Shown: piece after piece, positions 23,580-37,860 of the stretch
Layout: each line of letters starts with the position of its first letter
Numbering within the stretch: the stretch's first letter is position 1
Origin: Octopus sinensis
Taxonomy: Eukaryota
Direction of reading: 5' to 3'
Length of the DNA: 64,000 nucleotides
NCBI RefSeq assembly: GCF_006345805.1
Contig: NW_021833025.1
Coordinates: forward strand, 124,001 to 188,000
Program-made: the position numbers and the translations under genes
Notes under the pieces: model-generated
Databases searched by the model: none
The model's input: only the letters and a program-made list of their open reading frames with translations
Told to the model about the DNA's origin: nothing

Positions 23580-26200
23580 TGTTGTTTATCATTTTTGACA
23601 ATTTTCTGGTCATCGTTCGATTAAATCTATCGACAATTCCATGAACCCAGGAATTATTCGCCTTCCGTAGATTTGTTTGATGTTAAAATCAACGCATAGT
23701 TGTGTTATTTCTTGATTTTTGAATTCAGACCCATTTTCAGATTGAAAAAATTTGGATGATTCATTTGGGCCAGGGGTGTCAAACTCATTTCGCTTTGAGG
23801 GCCGCATTTATAATAATTTCTCATTAAGGGAAGATTAGTTCTGATATTTATTATTAAGAGCAACTAAATTATTGAATTATCGCCCTTTAATTTTGGTGAG
23901 AGCTGCTTCCAGTGGATTGACATCTTTTTTTAGATACAATTTTTGATATGTCAGGCTGAGCTATTCGTGTAGTTCCGACTTTTATTAAAGAGGATAAATG
24001 TTCATCAGTTAGTCTTGTTCTTTGAGCAGTTTTTGTCATTTTCATAACTGAAAAAAGCTGTTCACACACATATGTCGAACCAAACATAGCAATGATTTTT
24101 GTTGCAAACTTTTTAAAGTTTTTAAACTTTCCAGGAAGATATGAAAAGAAAGCAGGTATTCCAACCTCCAAATATTTAGCTTTAATTATAGAATCTGATT
24201 GGATTTCCAATAGTTCCACTTGTAAACTTTCATCTGCATTGGAAACATTAAAAGAGAATGGTGATGCGAATAATGAAAATTGTTGTTCAAAAGACGAAAA
24301 ATCATTAAATCTTTCTTGAAATTCCTTTAACAACGATTCTAGTTGTCTTTCATACTGAGAAAAATTCATTACATTATGTGCATCAACAGTACTCCTGAGC
24401 TTTTTGCACGTAGGAAAATAAGATAAATCTTCATTTAATAGCTGAAACTTCCATAATTTTATTTTCGAAATAAAAAACTTGATATAATCTGACAACTAAG
24501 TTATGAGCTTGTCTTTGCCCTGCAATTCTAAATTAAGGTCGTTCATATGTGTGGTAATATCCACTGCAAATGCCAATTGTTTGATCCAAGATTGACTTTT
24601 CATTTCGTCTGTGTTTTGCCGTTTCATCTCCATAAATAAAATTATTTAAATCTTTTAACAACTTTGTGAAGTGATAACCAGCGGACTAGAGTATAAAAAG
24701 GAATGTCGCTGAACTGATTATTAATATCTGTCAGCAATTTACTAAACTGCCGGTGGTTGAGGGAATGACCTCTGATATAGTCTACTGTTTTCGTGACCAA
24801 ACTAATGGTATTTTCCAGTTTTAATATCTTTGAGCACAAATATTTCTGATGAATAATACAATTAAAAAGAGCATGCTAAATGAAATATTCGAATTTTAAC
24901 AAATCAGACATTAATTGGTGTTTCAAATTGCATGCCATTTCATTAATGTGTTCGGCAACAGTGTTTCTTGTTAATGAAATATCTTTAAACAAGGTATTGC
25001 TTGATGAAATCACCATCACAATATGATTTTCTATTTACTGCAAGCATTCTGCTGATTTCATAGCTTGCAATGACTAATGCAGTACTTCGATTATGATTTT
25101 TTGTGAAATGAGTTTGTAACACAGATAAATTTTTTCGCAATTCATTTAGCATTGAAACACTCATTGGACCTTCTTGGTTAATAAGCAACTTAAAATACCT
25201 TCGAAATAATTGTATGATAGATGATTAGATTGATAATGCCTCTTTAGGTTGTATTCTTTCGGTATAGCGATACACATGTTACATATCAAACAATGTATTT
25301 TTCCATCAACCATTGTTCAAAAATAGAGAAGTTCCCATTTATCTTGAAACATTCTCTGTTCATCTTACAAGGAGCGCTTCTTTTTTATTCAAGAAGAAGC
25401 ACGTGACATTAACAAACACGATTTAAAAATACAATTAAAAATTTTAATTAAATGTAAAAAATAAAAAATATATTTTTGCATTTTATAGCCATTAAATCAG
25501 ACCGCACTTATGTTTGGCAAAGTACGCTGAGGGCCGCACCTATGTCTTTCGAGGGCCGCATGTTTGACACCCCTGATTTAGGCGAAACAAAGATCTGAAG
25601 TTTTGACACACTTCTTTACCAGGTAGTCATTCAAATGTAAATCTATAAAATTAAAAAAAACCAACCTACTATAAATGTCAATGACCGTTAAAATCCATTT
25701 TAAATTTTCGTTTAGTCTTGAAAATTTTTTCAGATCGATTATATCTATTTGAAAACGTTCATTTGGACAAGAAGCGAGCACGTGGTAATTTATATCTCCA
25801 ATCTACAATTAAAAAAAATCTTGAACTTTTAAAGAACGCGAAAATTTGCAAGCTTCAAATTTCGAATGACTTTTCTGATAATCTCATGACCTTTGTCGAC
25901 ATTCATATTCAATTTTATTTACTCCTCCGTGTGAAAACTCATGTAATGATTTCTCAAAAGCTCCATTCCTTTTTCATTATCGAGAGATATTCTTAACTTG
26001 GTTGATTTAAGATAAAGTCTGTAAATTTATTGCACATTTACAATATCTGTCATTGATAATGGTGAATTTCTCCATCTTCTTTATAAGTCTATATTTTCGG
26101 TGCTTCGGAAGATCTTAGGAAAATTTGTCATGTAAAGCATCTTTTAACATTTGATATTCAATGCAGTCTTTTACAAAACCCTTGTAAGAAGCCATTGCAA
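23580..26200 (-). mobile_element. Degenerate integrase (KRBA2/Ginger-like) element split by a hAT
   Basis: NERFQIDIIDL..WILTVIDIYSR at 25.6-25.8 kb continues as FQSENGSEFKN at 23.7 kb. Confidence 0.68.
23771..25575 (-). mobile_element. hAT transposon (SPIN/GTF2IRD2-like), internally deleted
   Basis: TIRs CAGGGGTGTCAAAC; 8-bp TSD ATTTGGGC/ATTTAGGC; VRWLS and FGSTYVCEQLFSVMK motifs. Confidence 0.92.
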
Positions 26201-26209
26201 CAAAATAAT

Positions 26210-26800
26210 CTTTAATGCTAAATATTACGCTATAAATTAAGGCTGTTGGCAATGTCTTCAGGAGACTAGCTGCTAAGCTCGCTTGCAGACTCGTCTCCTC
26301 TGACCTTGGGGCATTCTTCGAGCCTGTCCAACTTGGGGTTGCTGTTGGGAACGGTTGCGAAACTGCAGCTCATGCCTTGAGATCATACATCACCAGTCCT
26401 CTCCTGCTTCTTGACCTGATAAAGCCCTTCTCAAACTCGATATAAAGAACGCCTTTAACTGCATCCGTCAGGACCACTTCCTCTTGGTTTGCCACGACCA
26501 CTTTCCCATTTTGTACCTCCTGGCACTCCTGTCCTAGGAAAGACCCAGCTCTCTAATGTTCGGTACCAATATCATCTCTCATGTACGGGGGTTCAACAGG
26601 GTGATCCCCTAGGACCCCTCTTCTTTGCCTTGGGAATTAATGAAATAGTCCGGTAGGTCTCCTCTGAAATGAATATTTAGTATCTGGATGACCCCACCAT
26701 TGGCGGCTCCCCATACTCAATCCTCAAAGATGCTCTATCGTTGGCTTCTGCACTTTTCAAGATTGGACTGGATATTAACTGTCCAAATTTTGAATTAGTT
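26210..26800 (+). mobile_element. CRE-like RT core fragment (decayed)
   Basis: AVGNVFRRLAAKLAC..VQLGVAVGNGCE..KLDIKNAFN..GVQQGDPLGP..YLDD. Confidence 0.78.
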
Positions 26801-28309
26801 AACCTCAACATTGGTCACGAATGCTTGTTTCTTGTATGCATGGAGCAACTCCATTTCCTGGTCCAATAAACGGAAGATTGAGGCGAGCCTAAAAAGAGTT
26901 CCAGCACTCACGGTGCCTTGGACAAAAGGCAAGCTTTCGACTCCTACGAGCATAGAAGGCCACTTGATGGTATATGGACGATCAGATGAAGAAATGAAGA
27001 CAAGGCCCACATGACCACTACGCGTGTGCCCGGGTACTCGCGAGGAAAATCGCGCCAAAATGAGGAGTCTTTTCGTGCGTGTCGGGATCACGAAATTTTT
27101 TTCTTTCTGTCCTAATTGGAAATTGCTATTTTATGTTATCAAAAAAGTTCTGTATAATCTAAAAATAATAGATTTCAGATTTAAAAAATATTTGCTCTTT
27201 AAAAAATTAACTATAAATCTTAAAAATCTCGCACCTCCTAAATTTTTGCGCGCAGTTCCTGTATGGAACCGCTGATTTATAGGACTTACAATTCCATGGT
27301 TTTTAATAAAGTAGTCTATTGAATCTATTCTAAACTCTTTTTTTTAAGAAAACTTTTTTGACCTAATTTCTTTTCAGATTTGAACGTAGAAAACGGTTTT
27401 TGACTTTCTCCTGATTCCATTTATCTAAAATATTTGACAATTTCATTTTCAAAAGTAGGATTTAAAACTTTTAATTACACCTTGATTTAAAGGATTCCCA
27501 AACAAGCTGCTTCCCGGATTTAAAAGCGAAAAGCGTACAGCCGTAGGGACGTTTTGGATTTTTAAGGTCGAGACCCGTCTGTTCCAGAACTGAAGAGAAA
27601 CCAGCTCTTTCCAGGGCTTTACGAATTAGATTGTTAATTTCAGTGTGCCGAGAAAATCGGCTGGCACTCGTTCTACAAAACAGAGGATGGAGCCCAAGGA
27701 CGTCAACTTTAGCCCCACAACAGCGGGGTGAGGTCTGCAGACAGGGAATCCAAGGAGATTGCAGATAGCCAAACGGAGTTAATCCCTATCGAGGACAGTA
27801 TCCAAAAGCGGAGAAGGAAGTACATTAAGCCAGGAGCCTGAGTATGGCTGACAGGCGGAACGGAAACAGGCCCATCTGTGTTAATCGAAAAGCGGTTCCA
27901 AGTTAGCTGAAGATCGACGGCAAAAAATTTTGTCCCAATCCCGCTGAAAAATGACATCGGAAGGGAGTTCAGAGTTATTTTGTTTCAAAGTGAAAGGACC
28001 GAATAAATATTAGAGTCCAACAATGATTCAGTAGTTTTTTCCAGAATTTTTTGGACAAGGAGATATGATCCAGACGCCGAAGAAAGAAAGGCAGAAAGAG
28101 CCAACTGTAAAGGAGGCCCAAACCTCCGTGACTCAATATCCGGTTCACTTAATTTTTGATATCTTTTATCAAGAAAAAATTGGCAAATTACATAGTTTTC
28201 CGATGCAGAAGTGACGCCCTTGTCAAAAATTTGAATACTTACAGAATTTGGTGAATTAAATAGTTTACTGTCCTAAGGTTCCTACAAATATTTGCCGACC
28301 ACGTAGCTA

Positions 28310-28710
28310 ACCAAAGGAAGAGGAGCATTAGAATCCTCATAAGCTTAACCAGGTTCAATCTGGATCCGGAAACGTACATCTACGTCTACAAAACGTGTGT
28401 ACAGCCAGTCCTCACATATGGCTACAAGGGCTGGTACGGTACGGAGGAGAATGACTACCTTGTCGAACAGTTGGAAAAAACAAGACGTTTTGCATTGAAA
28501 CTGGCTTATGGAGTACAACTTGACGGAATGCTAGGAAGCTTGCGAGAATCCTCTGTGCCTACGATCCGGATAGTCTTGGAGAAAAGTTGTCGACACTGAC
28601 TATAATTGGGGATACGCATTAAAAGAGACACTTCGGTGCCTCGTTTAATCTCTCCGTGAACGATCTTTCCTTGTTTTCTTTCGGTTTCTGTTTTTGATCA
28701 ATAAACAACA
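28310..28710 (+). mobile_element. LINE 3' fragment of the 38.9-41.2 kb family (27.5-28.1 kb upstream may be its 5' part)
   Basis: Near-identical to 40790-41160. Confidence 0.8.
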
Positions 28711-29357
28711 TTTCATTCCATACTTGTAGATATATATTCTTTGAGGTAGGGAAATTTCTAAATATATCAAACTAAAAAAATACAATAAATCTCAGCCTCT
28801 AACTAAAAATAGGATAGATAAAGTACTACTATAGAAACAACCACAAATAAATTTATTTACTCTTTAAACGGTGAAAAGTCTAATATTGGAAAAAAAGTTA
28901 TCTATCTTTTTAAAATCTTTGATAAAATGACTTAAACGGCTCCCCATATTGACGTATCAACGTCATCAAGTTAGTTGAAATATGGAAGTAACTCTTCCCC
29001 ATCTAGCTTTTCCTTAATGAAAATTTTATTTTTTCAAAAATTCAAACACCTAATTTTAATTAAAATGTAGCAATTTGAAAGTCAAACATATGAAGATTTT
29101 TAGGAAAATATTTATTTATAAAATTTAAAAAAATTATTTCAATCTTTAGATTTTAAATTTTTTCTGGATATTTCAACTGCGAACAAAGAGTTTAAAATTT
29201 GGATATTATTCAGTTATTTTCCTTTTTAAGATTATTTGATTTTTTATTGATTGCTATTAAGATTTTGTTGAATATTTTCATAATTATTGTTCCATTACTG
29301 TGGTTACTCGAAAGAATTTGATTTTATTAATGAAAAATTCCATTTATCACAAAATAC

Positions 29358-30060
29358 ATGAATACACTCCCAAATTGCTATGTGTCTGAAGCTGAACCCA
29401 AACCTCACAAACCTCGTTATTCAAAAATAATATCAAGAACCACCGAACTTAGGGAACGACAAACTAAGCTTTCATGTGAAATAAATGCTTATAAAAAACG
29501 CTGGCTTTATCAATATCCATATATTCCAAATGATTTTATTACAAGTAGTACTTTGAAAATATTTCTTGGTAGCGAGGAAAATTGAATACAACGATATAAA
29601 AATTCACTATAAAGAAAAATATAAGGACATGAAGGACCACAACTTTCGTCCGGTTAATATAAAAAATATTATTTTCAAGCTAAATGATTTTCTATATCCG
29701 AAATTTGAAACTTTGCCTCAGAAGGATCCTGCTAATATAATTTTTAAAAATAATAAATTGAAAGAATCAGTGGATTATGTTGAGAAGCCTACTTTTAAAT
29801 ATGTTTCATATGGATCATATATGCAGTCGAATATTTACAACTCTAATCTGCCATTTGATACTCGCCCTCTTCGTCTACCAAAAGTTGACCTCAGTTTGCA
29901 GTTGAGGCGCGACAGATATCCTATAAAAAATTGTTCTTTCTCTGTAAACAAAATTTAAAAATATTAATGTCTAGAGATTTAAAAGAACTGACCGATCAGC
30001 ATACTCAGCCTTGGTTGAACGGGCATTTAAAAAACTCGGAATCATACCTGCACAAGAATA
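29358..30060 (+). CDS. Unknown multi-exon host gene
   Basis: ORFs 29358-29585 and 29566-29958 join in frame through a 28-nt GT-AG intron; a further short intron near 29943; no recognised domain. Confidence 0.5.
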
Positions 30061-32603
30061 ATTAATAACTTTAATAAATTTATATAAAACATATGCTTGG
30101 AGTTTACAAATTTTAATTGAAAATATCAGAAATGGATCACTATATAACTAAATATTTGTTTATATAATCAAATTGTTATCAAACGTTGGTCGTATGAAAA
30201 CAAACGTTCTGGGCCGGCTCCTCTGGAGGATCTGATTAATCTGAATTTCAGAATGCCGGTCTATGTTTGTGCAAAACCGTTTAGCCGCCCGGTGCGAAAA
30301 GATTAACGACAATAAGCGCATCGCAAAACCAGAGGTTTTTCATCAGAGAACAAGAAAGTTAATTATTCTAACTAGAGCTGTATCCTGAATTATTAAGTCT
30401 TTGTCTCATCAGTTTTCTTTAGTTGTTGGCAGCTGTAAGAACGCCAAGAACCTCGTGACGTCTTATCCGGTAGTCCATACATAATTGGAGTCCGTTTGTG
30501 AAGTCATTTTAAATTTTACTAGAAAAAAACATTTAAGTGAAATCGACCTTGTCTATGTGATAATTATTAAATTAAACAACATAAAAAAGACCGAACATAA
30601 ATAAATACTTTTTGCTTCAAGAACCGCTAAAAATAGAAACTAAGTTTCAAGAATTATTCATTGAATCTGTTTAGACTTATATACTTGTTAAAATTAACTG
30701 TGTACTTAGATAGATTTCATAATGTCCCCATATACTTAAGTACTTTTATGTAATTAAGTAATATTTATCTGAAATTCGCGTTTTAATATGTTTTTATGGG
30801 ACAAAAATCTCTCAAAAAATACTTCGTCCTACTCTGCAACAATCAGAGTATATGTAAAAATAATTCGACATGTTTAATAAATTTTACAAAAAAATTAAAA
30901 TGGTATAAATACTGCAAGTATTTTGGTTATTAAAATAAAGATGTCGGGACTACGATTTTTTTTATATTTACAGAGGTGAAAAATGTCAATTCGCTATATT
31001 AAGAAAATATTTAGATTTGGAAAAGTTTCTTCCTTTGAATTGTTTAAAAAATATGTTATTATATTTATAAGTTACGTCGGATAAAATATTCACATCATTT
31101 TCCCAGTTAGATCTCTTGTTAGTGACTATTATCGGATTCCTGATAATTGTTATTTTTTTCTTATCGTGGCATCTGTATAAAAAGAAAAAAAATAATAAAT
31201 GTAGAAATTTTTACTAATTAATAGAAAATAACTACAAACTAAATCAGTTTATGACTGAAAATGACTGAAATCAGTTTATCTTGGAAATAATATATTCTGG
31301 ATTTTTGAAACACCTATTAATAGGTGAAATAATTAAAAATATTCTCGAAACCATTCTTGTATTCTACAAATATGCTTTCTAAAGTTTTTTTAAGTAACAG
31401 ACTTTATATCTGGGTAAAAATTTTTAGTATGCCTTGTGGATTAAATCCAATTCACTTGGTAAAATGCAATATTTTTAAAGCTTCTTTCTATATTTTCTTT
31501 TAGATTATTTATTTACTTACAATTCAATAATCTATATTAGGTTCGTACTTGCACTGTCGGATTAGTTGCAACGAAAAAAAACAGAGAAAATATAAAGAAT
31601 TATTGCTAGAAATTTCGCCATAAAAAGTTTTGCAAATACTGGACAACATTAGTATTTTTCTAATACGGTTAACCTCATTAGTTACGATAATCTCATTAGT
31701 TGGGAACTACGGTTAACCACAAAAATCATCTAATTGTCAAAAAAGATCTCTGATTGTTTAAAGGGAGCTCCTCTGAACAATTTAATTTAACCCCATTTGA
31801 CTATGAACAATATGAAAGAATTTTTCAACAGACATTTTCCGGGAATGCTTTCTTTTATTAATAAACTTACAGGTTTATGATTTTTTGATTAAGCGTAATA
31901 GCTCGTACCTTATTCCCGATGCCTCTCTCATATGTCTGTGGGGTCTTTGTCTAAAGAATCGGCTTCATGCTTATGAATGATTATGATTAGACAAGAAAGG
32001 ATCGATTCGCCTCCTCTTCGAACATTAATAAATTAGAATTGTTAAATTACTTATCAAAAATTTTGGGTTGTGACTTTGATAAATTCGTTAAATATACAAT
32101 CAATAAAGCACTTAATTAAACAAATAAAAAATATCTTTTGAAAGTGAGCTGAAAATTAATAAAAATAGAGAAGATCCCATCATAGTCTCAAAATTATTAC
32201 GAAATAATTTGTAGATGTATTCGTAATAGTATTACTTTTTACACTTGAATATTATTCAATTTCTTATTTTTATAGGATAGCAGTCGATTATAGGACGGAT
32301 AATTCTGAAGTATGCAATTTTTATACAAATTAGACAATGCATGCCAAACTCATATAAAGTGTATTAAAATAATTGGTTCAATTTTATTGCTATTCATATT
32401 TTTAATAGGGAATGACAAAGAAATATAAAGGTTATCCATGATAGGCATGACGAATATAAATATTTTTGTATTAGAAATAGCTAAATAAAATAAACAATAA
32501 AATATATTAAAAAATATTTTTATTTATTTTCAAGTCTCACTATATATATGAAGAGGTCGAAGAATAACACAGAAGGCAAGAGAAGTAATTTTGAAAAATC
32601 TTT

Positions 32604-33158
32604 ATGATTATAGATGTTTCTAAATATGAAGAATGCTACCAAGAATTTTTTCAGTATTATATTAATAAATATCATCAATGGAAAAAAATAAATGAAAAAA
32701 ATCACAAGAAAAAAAGAATTGTATTTACTGAGACACAAATCAATGAACTTGAAAATAGATTTAACTTCAATCAATATATTAACTTGGCGGAAAGAGAGAC
32801 TTTAGGAAGAAGATTAAATTTAACTCAAGAACAAATTAGAACATGGTTTCAAAATCGTCGATACAAATTAAAAAAAGATACAAAAAACACAAATTTTTCA
32901 TATTCACAACTTTCCACAAATCAAATAATGTCCCAAGATTATTATTCTCCTAATGTGCATATAAATAATTTTTTTGAATATTATAAAGAAAATAATGAAT
33001 GCTATTTTATACCCACACCATTAAAAGCTACCGACTTTAATCAAAAAGATGAGGCCCCACATCAAAAAATCAACATTCATACAAATCCTGGAAATGATAA
33101 AAAGACTTGGACGTCACAAGAATATGAGTATTATCCAGATTATCCAGAATTTCAATAA
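32604..33158 (+). CDS. NK-class homeobox protein
   Basis: KKKRIVFTETQINELENRF..LNLTQEQIRTWFQNRRYKLKK; Tyr54 typical of NK2/3/4 homeodomains. Confidence 0.88.
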   Translation: MIIDVSKYEECYQEFFQYYINKYHQWKKINEKNHKKKRIVFTETQINELENRFNFNQYINLAERETLGRRLNLTQEQIRTWFQNRRYKLKKDTKNTNFSYSQLSTNQIMSQDYYSPNVHINNFFEYYKENNECYFIPTPLKATDFNQKDEAPHQKINIHTNPGNDKKTWTSQEYEYYPDYPEFQ

Positions 33159-33324
33159 GTATAAAAACATAGTTATTTATATTATAAACCTTGACCTTAA
33201 CGTATTTGAACATAATCTCTAATTCAATTTTTAATTAGGCCATGCTCAAATATAAACCTGATCAATTTTTACTAAAACAATTCCGTTTTATAAATAATAT
33301 AAACAGATAATGAAAAATTATTCA

Positions 33325-33405
33325 CAATATTTTGAACTTCGCGGAACTCCTAGAATTTTGCGGGGAACCTAAGCGTTCAGCGGAACCCAGGTTGGGAAAC
33401 ACTGC
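33325..33405 (+). mobile_element. Solo hAT right end
   Basis: GCGGAAC repeats and CAGGTTGGGAAACACTG, similar to the 63.9 kb terminus. Confidence 0.6.
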
Positions 33406-34138
33406 TATAGAGACTTATCGTGTGGCTATCTTTGCGGCAATGTTTTTCCTTCACCTACTCTTTAGCCTCGGCTTCATAGGTTGTTTCTGCCGAGTACAAA
33501 TAGAGAGAAATCTCCTCCATTGTCTCTAGAGCCTTACCCACGACTGTGTAAAATATGGCAAGATTAATAAAACTCAAAACGTCAGTTCTGCGTTGCCACC
33601 GAGGTATCTTTTTGGTCACTCTCCGATCTGCAAGGGGGACAACACAATTCGAAGAGATATGGCTACTAAATATCTCTTTAACCTGCAATGTATTTTTAAA
33701 AAAACTATTTAAGTCTCGAAACAAAAGAGTTTATTTAGTTAAAAACATAGAAAAATTAGAAAGGAAATATCATCAAACCAAATTTGGCTGAAGTAACATA
33801 GTGGGTTTGAGTGCTTGGGAAAATATTTCTAATGAGTGTATTTAGAAATTCTTCCAGACAGGTTATCTTGATCCTAGATACTCATTTAAAGAGTCTTTTT
33901 GTATCATAAAAGGTTGAATCCTCTGTTTTAACAAACTTTTGAAATGAAGAGAAATGCTGCCAATATTCTAACCAAATCTTTATTTGGAGATGTAACGGGA
34001 ATAAAGATTTGTATTTTGCCGAATAAATAAATTCGTAAATAATCAGTTTTATATATTTAGCTTGTTATTATGTTCTGTTTATTATGTTCCCCACTTTTAC
34101 TTTGTTATGTGCACTGCTTATATAGGGATTTTGAAATA

Positions 34139-35122
34139 CAGTGGAACTTGTCTAAACCGGACTCCGACGGGACCATGAAAATCGGCCGGTTTATACAGAG
34201 ATCCGGTTTATCAAGGTTTTGAAATTTATGAACATAATCTTACCAAAAGGACTTAAAGTAAGATTCTATTTATTAAGAAAATCTGTCAAAAAAGATTTTT
34301 TAAGGTTTGATTTTTTTCACAATGGCCGTGTTGTTCAGAATCATTAATTCTTTTATTGACGGAAGGAGAGAAGGATCCTCCGTGCAAGCGAAGTGCTGTA
34401 TATCTTCGAGCAATTAACATCAGCTTTTTCACCACAAATGGAGTAGGCTTCAATGGAATAACGTGACTTCCAGTTATCTAGCCACCCATTGGATGTTTTG
34501 AAATCATCAAAGCCAAGGGATTTTGCGAATGATGTTGCTTTCGCCTGAATAATAGGCCCGGATATCATATAGTGAAGGGATCTAGCCCTCTGAAACCATT
34601 CCCAAGTGATCTTATTTAGATAATCAAACTTGCATTTATTTTCAAAACGCTTTTTCTTGCTGTTTCCATTGTCATCGTATATGTCCAGATATTTAGTAGA
34701 GTTTTTCAGAATATCCGATACAGTGCTGGTTTCAATACCATATTTTTGGCTTAGATCTTTCTGTGTTAACTTGGGTGTGCATTGATAATCTTTTATGAGT
34801 TGAACTCTGTGGTTCAGGTCGAGTTCACAACGAGCACGTTTCATTGATATTAAGTCAAATATGAAACTTATTAACCTTTAAAATTATTATTTTTTAATTT
34901 TTAAAAATAACAGTTATTTTTAATACCTCTTTGTCCGGTTTGCACAGTGTGAAAAAAGCCGTTGGGACTTGACATTAGGGCCGGTTTTCAGAATATAGAG
35001 GATCCGGAATAAAGAGGTGAAATTTATATTGAAAAATACTGTAAAAAATTAGGACCGGAGAAAACGGTCGGTATACGGAGAGATCCGGTATATTCAGGGG
35101 CCGGTTTAGACAAGTTCCACTG
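34139..35122 (-). mobile_element. pogo/Tigger element, internally deleted; CENP-B DNA-binding ORF intact
   Basis: 22-bp TIRs CAGTGGAACTTGTCTAAACCGG, TA TSD; ORF 34353-34844 with HTH-psq and FKTSNGWLDNWK; no DDE domain. Confidence 0.92.
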
Positions 35123-35289
35123 TATAATTTACGTTTATAAAACCTACTCAATAAAATTTGGGCCTTCTTCCCTCTTCAAAAATATAAGCCCCGGCCTTCT
35201 AATATAAAGAACACGATATTTAATTTAAAAAATATTAGATATTAGTATATTGATTAAAAGAAAAAAATCTTTTTAAGGCTCTAACGAAC

Positions 35290-37860
35290 TAGTCGACAGC
35301 GTATCATTTTTTTCACTAGATGTAGAAATGGTTGATCTCAAGTTGTTTAAAGATTCTAATTTATTTCTGTCGGAATATGTATGATACCGGTATTACATTC
35401 ACTTGAATCCGTTGATTTTATATTTGAATCATATTCGAGGTGTGATATAATACCAACCGTAGAATTATTTGTACTAGCCGCGAATTCATTTCCAACCTCT
35501 TGGAGATTAAAATTAGTTTGAGGCTTAAAACCAGTAAATCTGTTTTTATTTTTTAAATCTTCTTCTTGAAACAAGCTTTCAACATATTGATCTAATAAAT
35601 AGTTGCACAAACAAACAGACAGTATTTGGTTGTTTGAAATATTTGAGGAGCTAAAATTTCATTTCTCAAATCGGAGATATTTCCGAAGGGAGCTTGCTTT
35701 TAACTAAGAAATGGTTTTTTACTGTGAGTTTTTTTTGAGATTTAGAATCCTTTAATTCTCCGTAAATAGGAAAATTCTTTAAAATTGGAGACTGAAAATC
35801 AATTTGAGGTGTTTTAAAAATATTTTCACTACTATCTGGCAGTAAATATATATTTTCACCATTGCTTATAGTCTTTTTGACCGATTTCGGAATGTTTTTA
35901 TTAATTTTTTTGGTTCTATCAATTATATTATTTTAGATATTTTTTTAATACATAAAATCTTCACTTGTAATTATTCTTATGTCCCAAATCTTTTTATCCA
36001 CGGATGGCTGTATAGTTTTTGAACTTTTAGTGGAAGCATCCTCCATCTGTTAAAGCATACATAAAGTTAAACAAACCACTTTATCTGGAACCCCAGTACT
36101 CAATTTCTAATAAAATTAAAATTAACAAATTTTGACTTTAAATATAAGTACATCTCCTAAATCATCTGATTCAATTTTATTTGGCAACTCGAAATCCTCA
36201 AAAATTTCCTCAGTGTGATCTATAGAATTGCAAATTTAAATTTAACTTGTTATAAGATCTTCAGATACCTGTTTTTCATCTTTTTCCTGATTCACCTTTT
36301 CCTCTAATTGAGCGATAATATCGTTTTTTGAATTTATTATCTCAATTAGATTATCTTTTTCCAACATATTAAATTCGTACTCAAAAACTATACCAGTAGA
36401 ATTTACCTGAACGTTTGTTGTATTTATTCTACGCAGTTCGCTGATTAATTCGGTCTCCTACAAAATGTAAATTATAAAAAAATTGTTGGTTATATTTTTG
36501 ATTGATAATATTAAATTATAGATTACTTTCTGTAAGCAATGTAAGCAATAAGAAGTTGCTGAACAATGTTTTTCAATCTAAATTTTATATGTTAATAATT
36601 TCTAACAATTTTTTCAAGGCGTAAATTATGTTTTCTGAGAAGATCAATCTCATCGTGATTTAAAATATTTTTTTCATTCGATTTTGAATAATCTCCTGAA
36701 GATGTTCTATTATTCTAACCATTATGTTATTTGTGTTTATTTACCGTATTTTTTGTTTCGAAAAGGAATTTAATATTCTTGGTCAGTTCCAATATTTCGT
36801 TTGTTGCCCATAAACTCTTATGGGCCATTTCATTAACATTAATCAGATTATGAGTGTCAAGAGAATATTCAGACGAATAGAGACCTAAAATAATTAAATA
36901 TTATGTATTAACAATTGTATCTATTAATGCACTTTAAAAAAGTATCAATTCGTTTTTTGAGCAAATTATTCTGCATTACTAGATTGGTTAACATTTTTAT
37001 TTGGTGATTTTTAGGTGACTCCCAAAAACAAGCTATTTCGTTTGGGCAGTTTATTTCGTTATCGGAAAAAAGATTTTGTATTATTTTCCCACCAAACATA
37101 TCACTAATTTTTGTATAATTCTGTTTTTTTAATTCAATTTTTGTATTTGTGTCGGATTCGGAAGACTAAAAATGATTTTTCATATACTATTTACATCAAT
37201 CAAACGTTTTAACGTTTTATTATCAAAAACAAGATTTTTTTGTTTACGTCTCAGTTCGAATATTTCTGATGCTATTTCTTTAATCTATATTTATAAAATA
37301 TAAATCATAAAAACAACTTTTGTTTTTAATTGTGAATATATTTCAAGATTTTCGTCATTTTTTTGCTCAAAGTTAGTTTTAATAAACTCATAAATAATGG
37401 AAATTATTTTTTTCACCATTTTTTCTGTTGTTGGATTTACCTAATTTTGTGAATATTCCAGACTTATTTGTATACTTTTAATTTAAGGGCATCTCGAATC
37501 TGATTTTCGAAAATTAGTTCAACTTCTGAATAGTTCCACTTGATTTGGGAATTTTCGAATAATTGTTTCTGTATATCTTCTACATGCTTTAACTTTTCAT
37601 GATCAAACTTTAACCTAATATTTTTTACATTGACTTTCAAAAACCCATTATTCTTATCTGCAGCTGATTTGTTTTCTATGTATTTGACATAAATGTTTCT
37701 TGATTTAAAATAGTTGTTCATTAAGGATTCAAAATCTGATAAAAGGTCATCAAATTCCCTTTTCAGAATTGAGGAATTGTGTTCATCTTTTAATTTAACC
37801 AAATCAAATTCCTAAAATATTTTCATTTGCCAGGTTATCAAAAATTTAAAATATACCATA
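35290..37860 (-). CDS. Unknown multi-exon host gene (K/N/E-rich)
   Basis: Chain of minus-strand open frames (37464-37802, 36908-37099, 35356-35610) with short intron-like gaps; structure not resolved. Confidence 0.4.

Noticed and set aside
26795-27091. 98-aa GC-richer minus-strand ORF as a further horizontally acquired piece
   Set aside because: No motif recognised in any frame; left unassigned.
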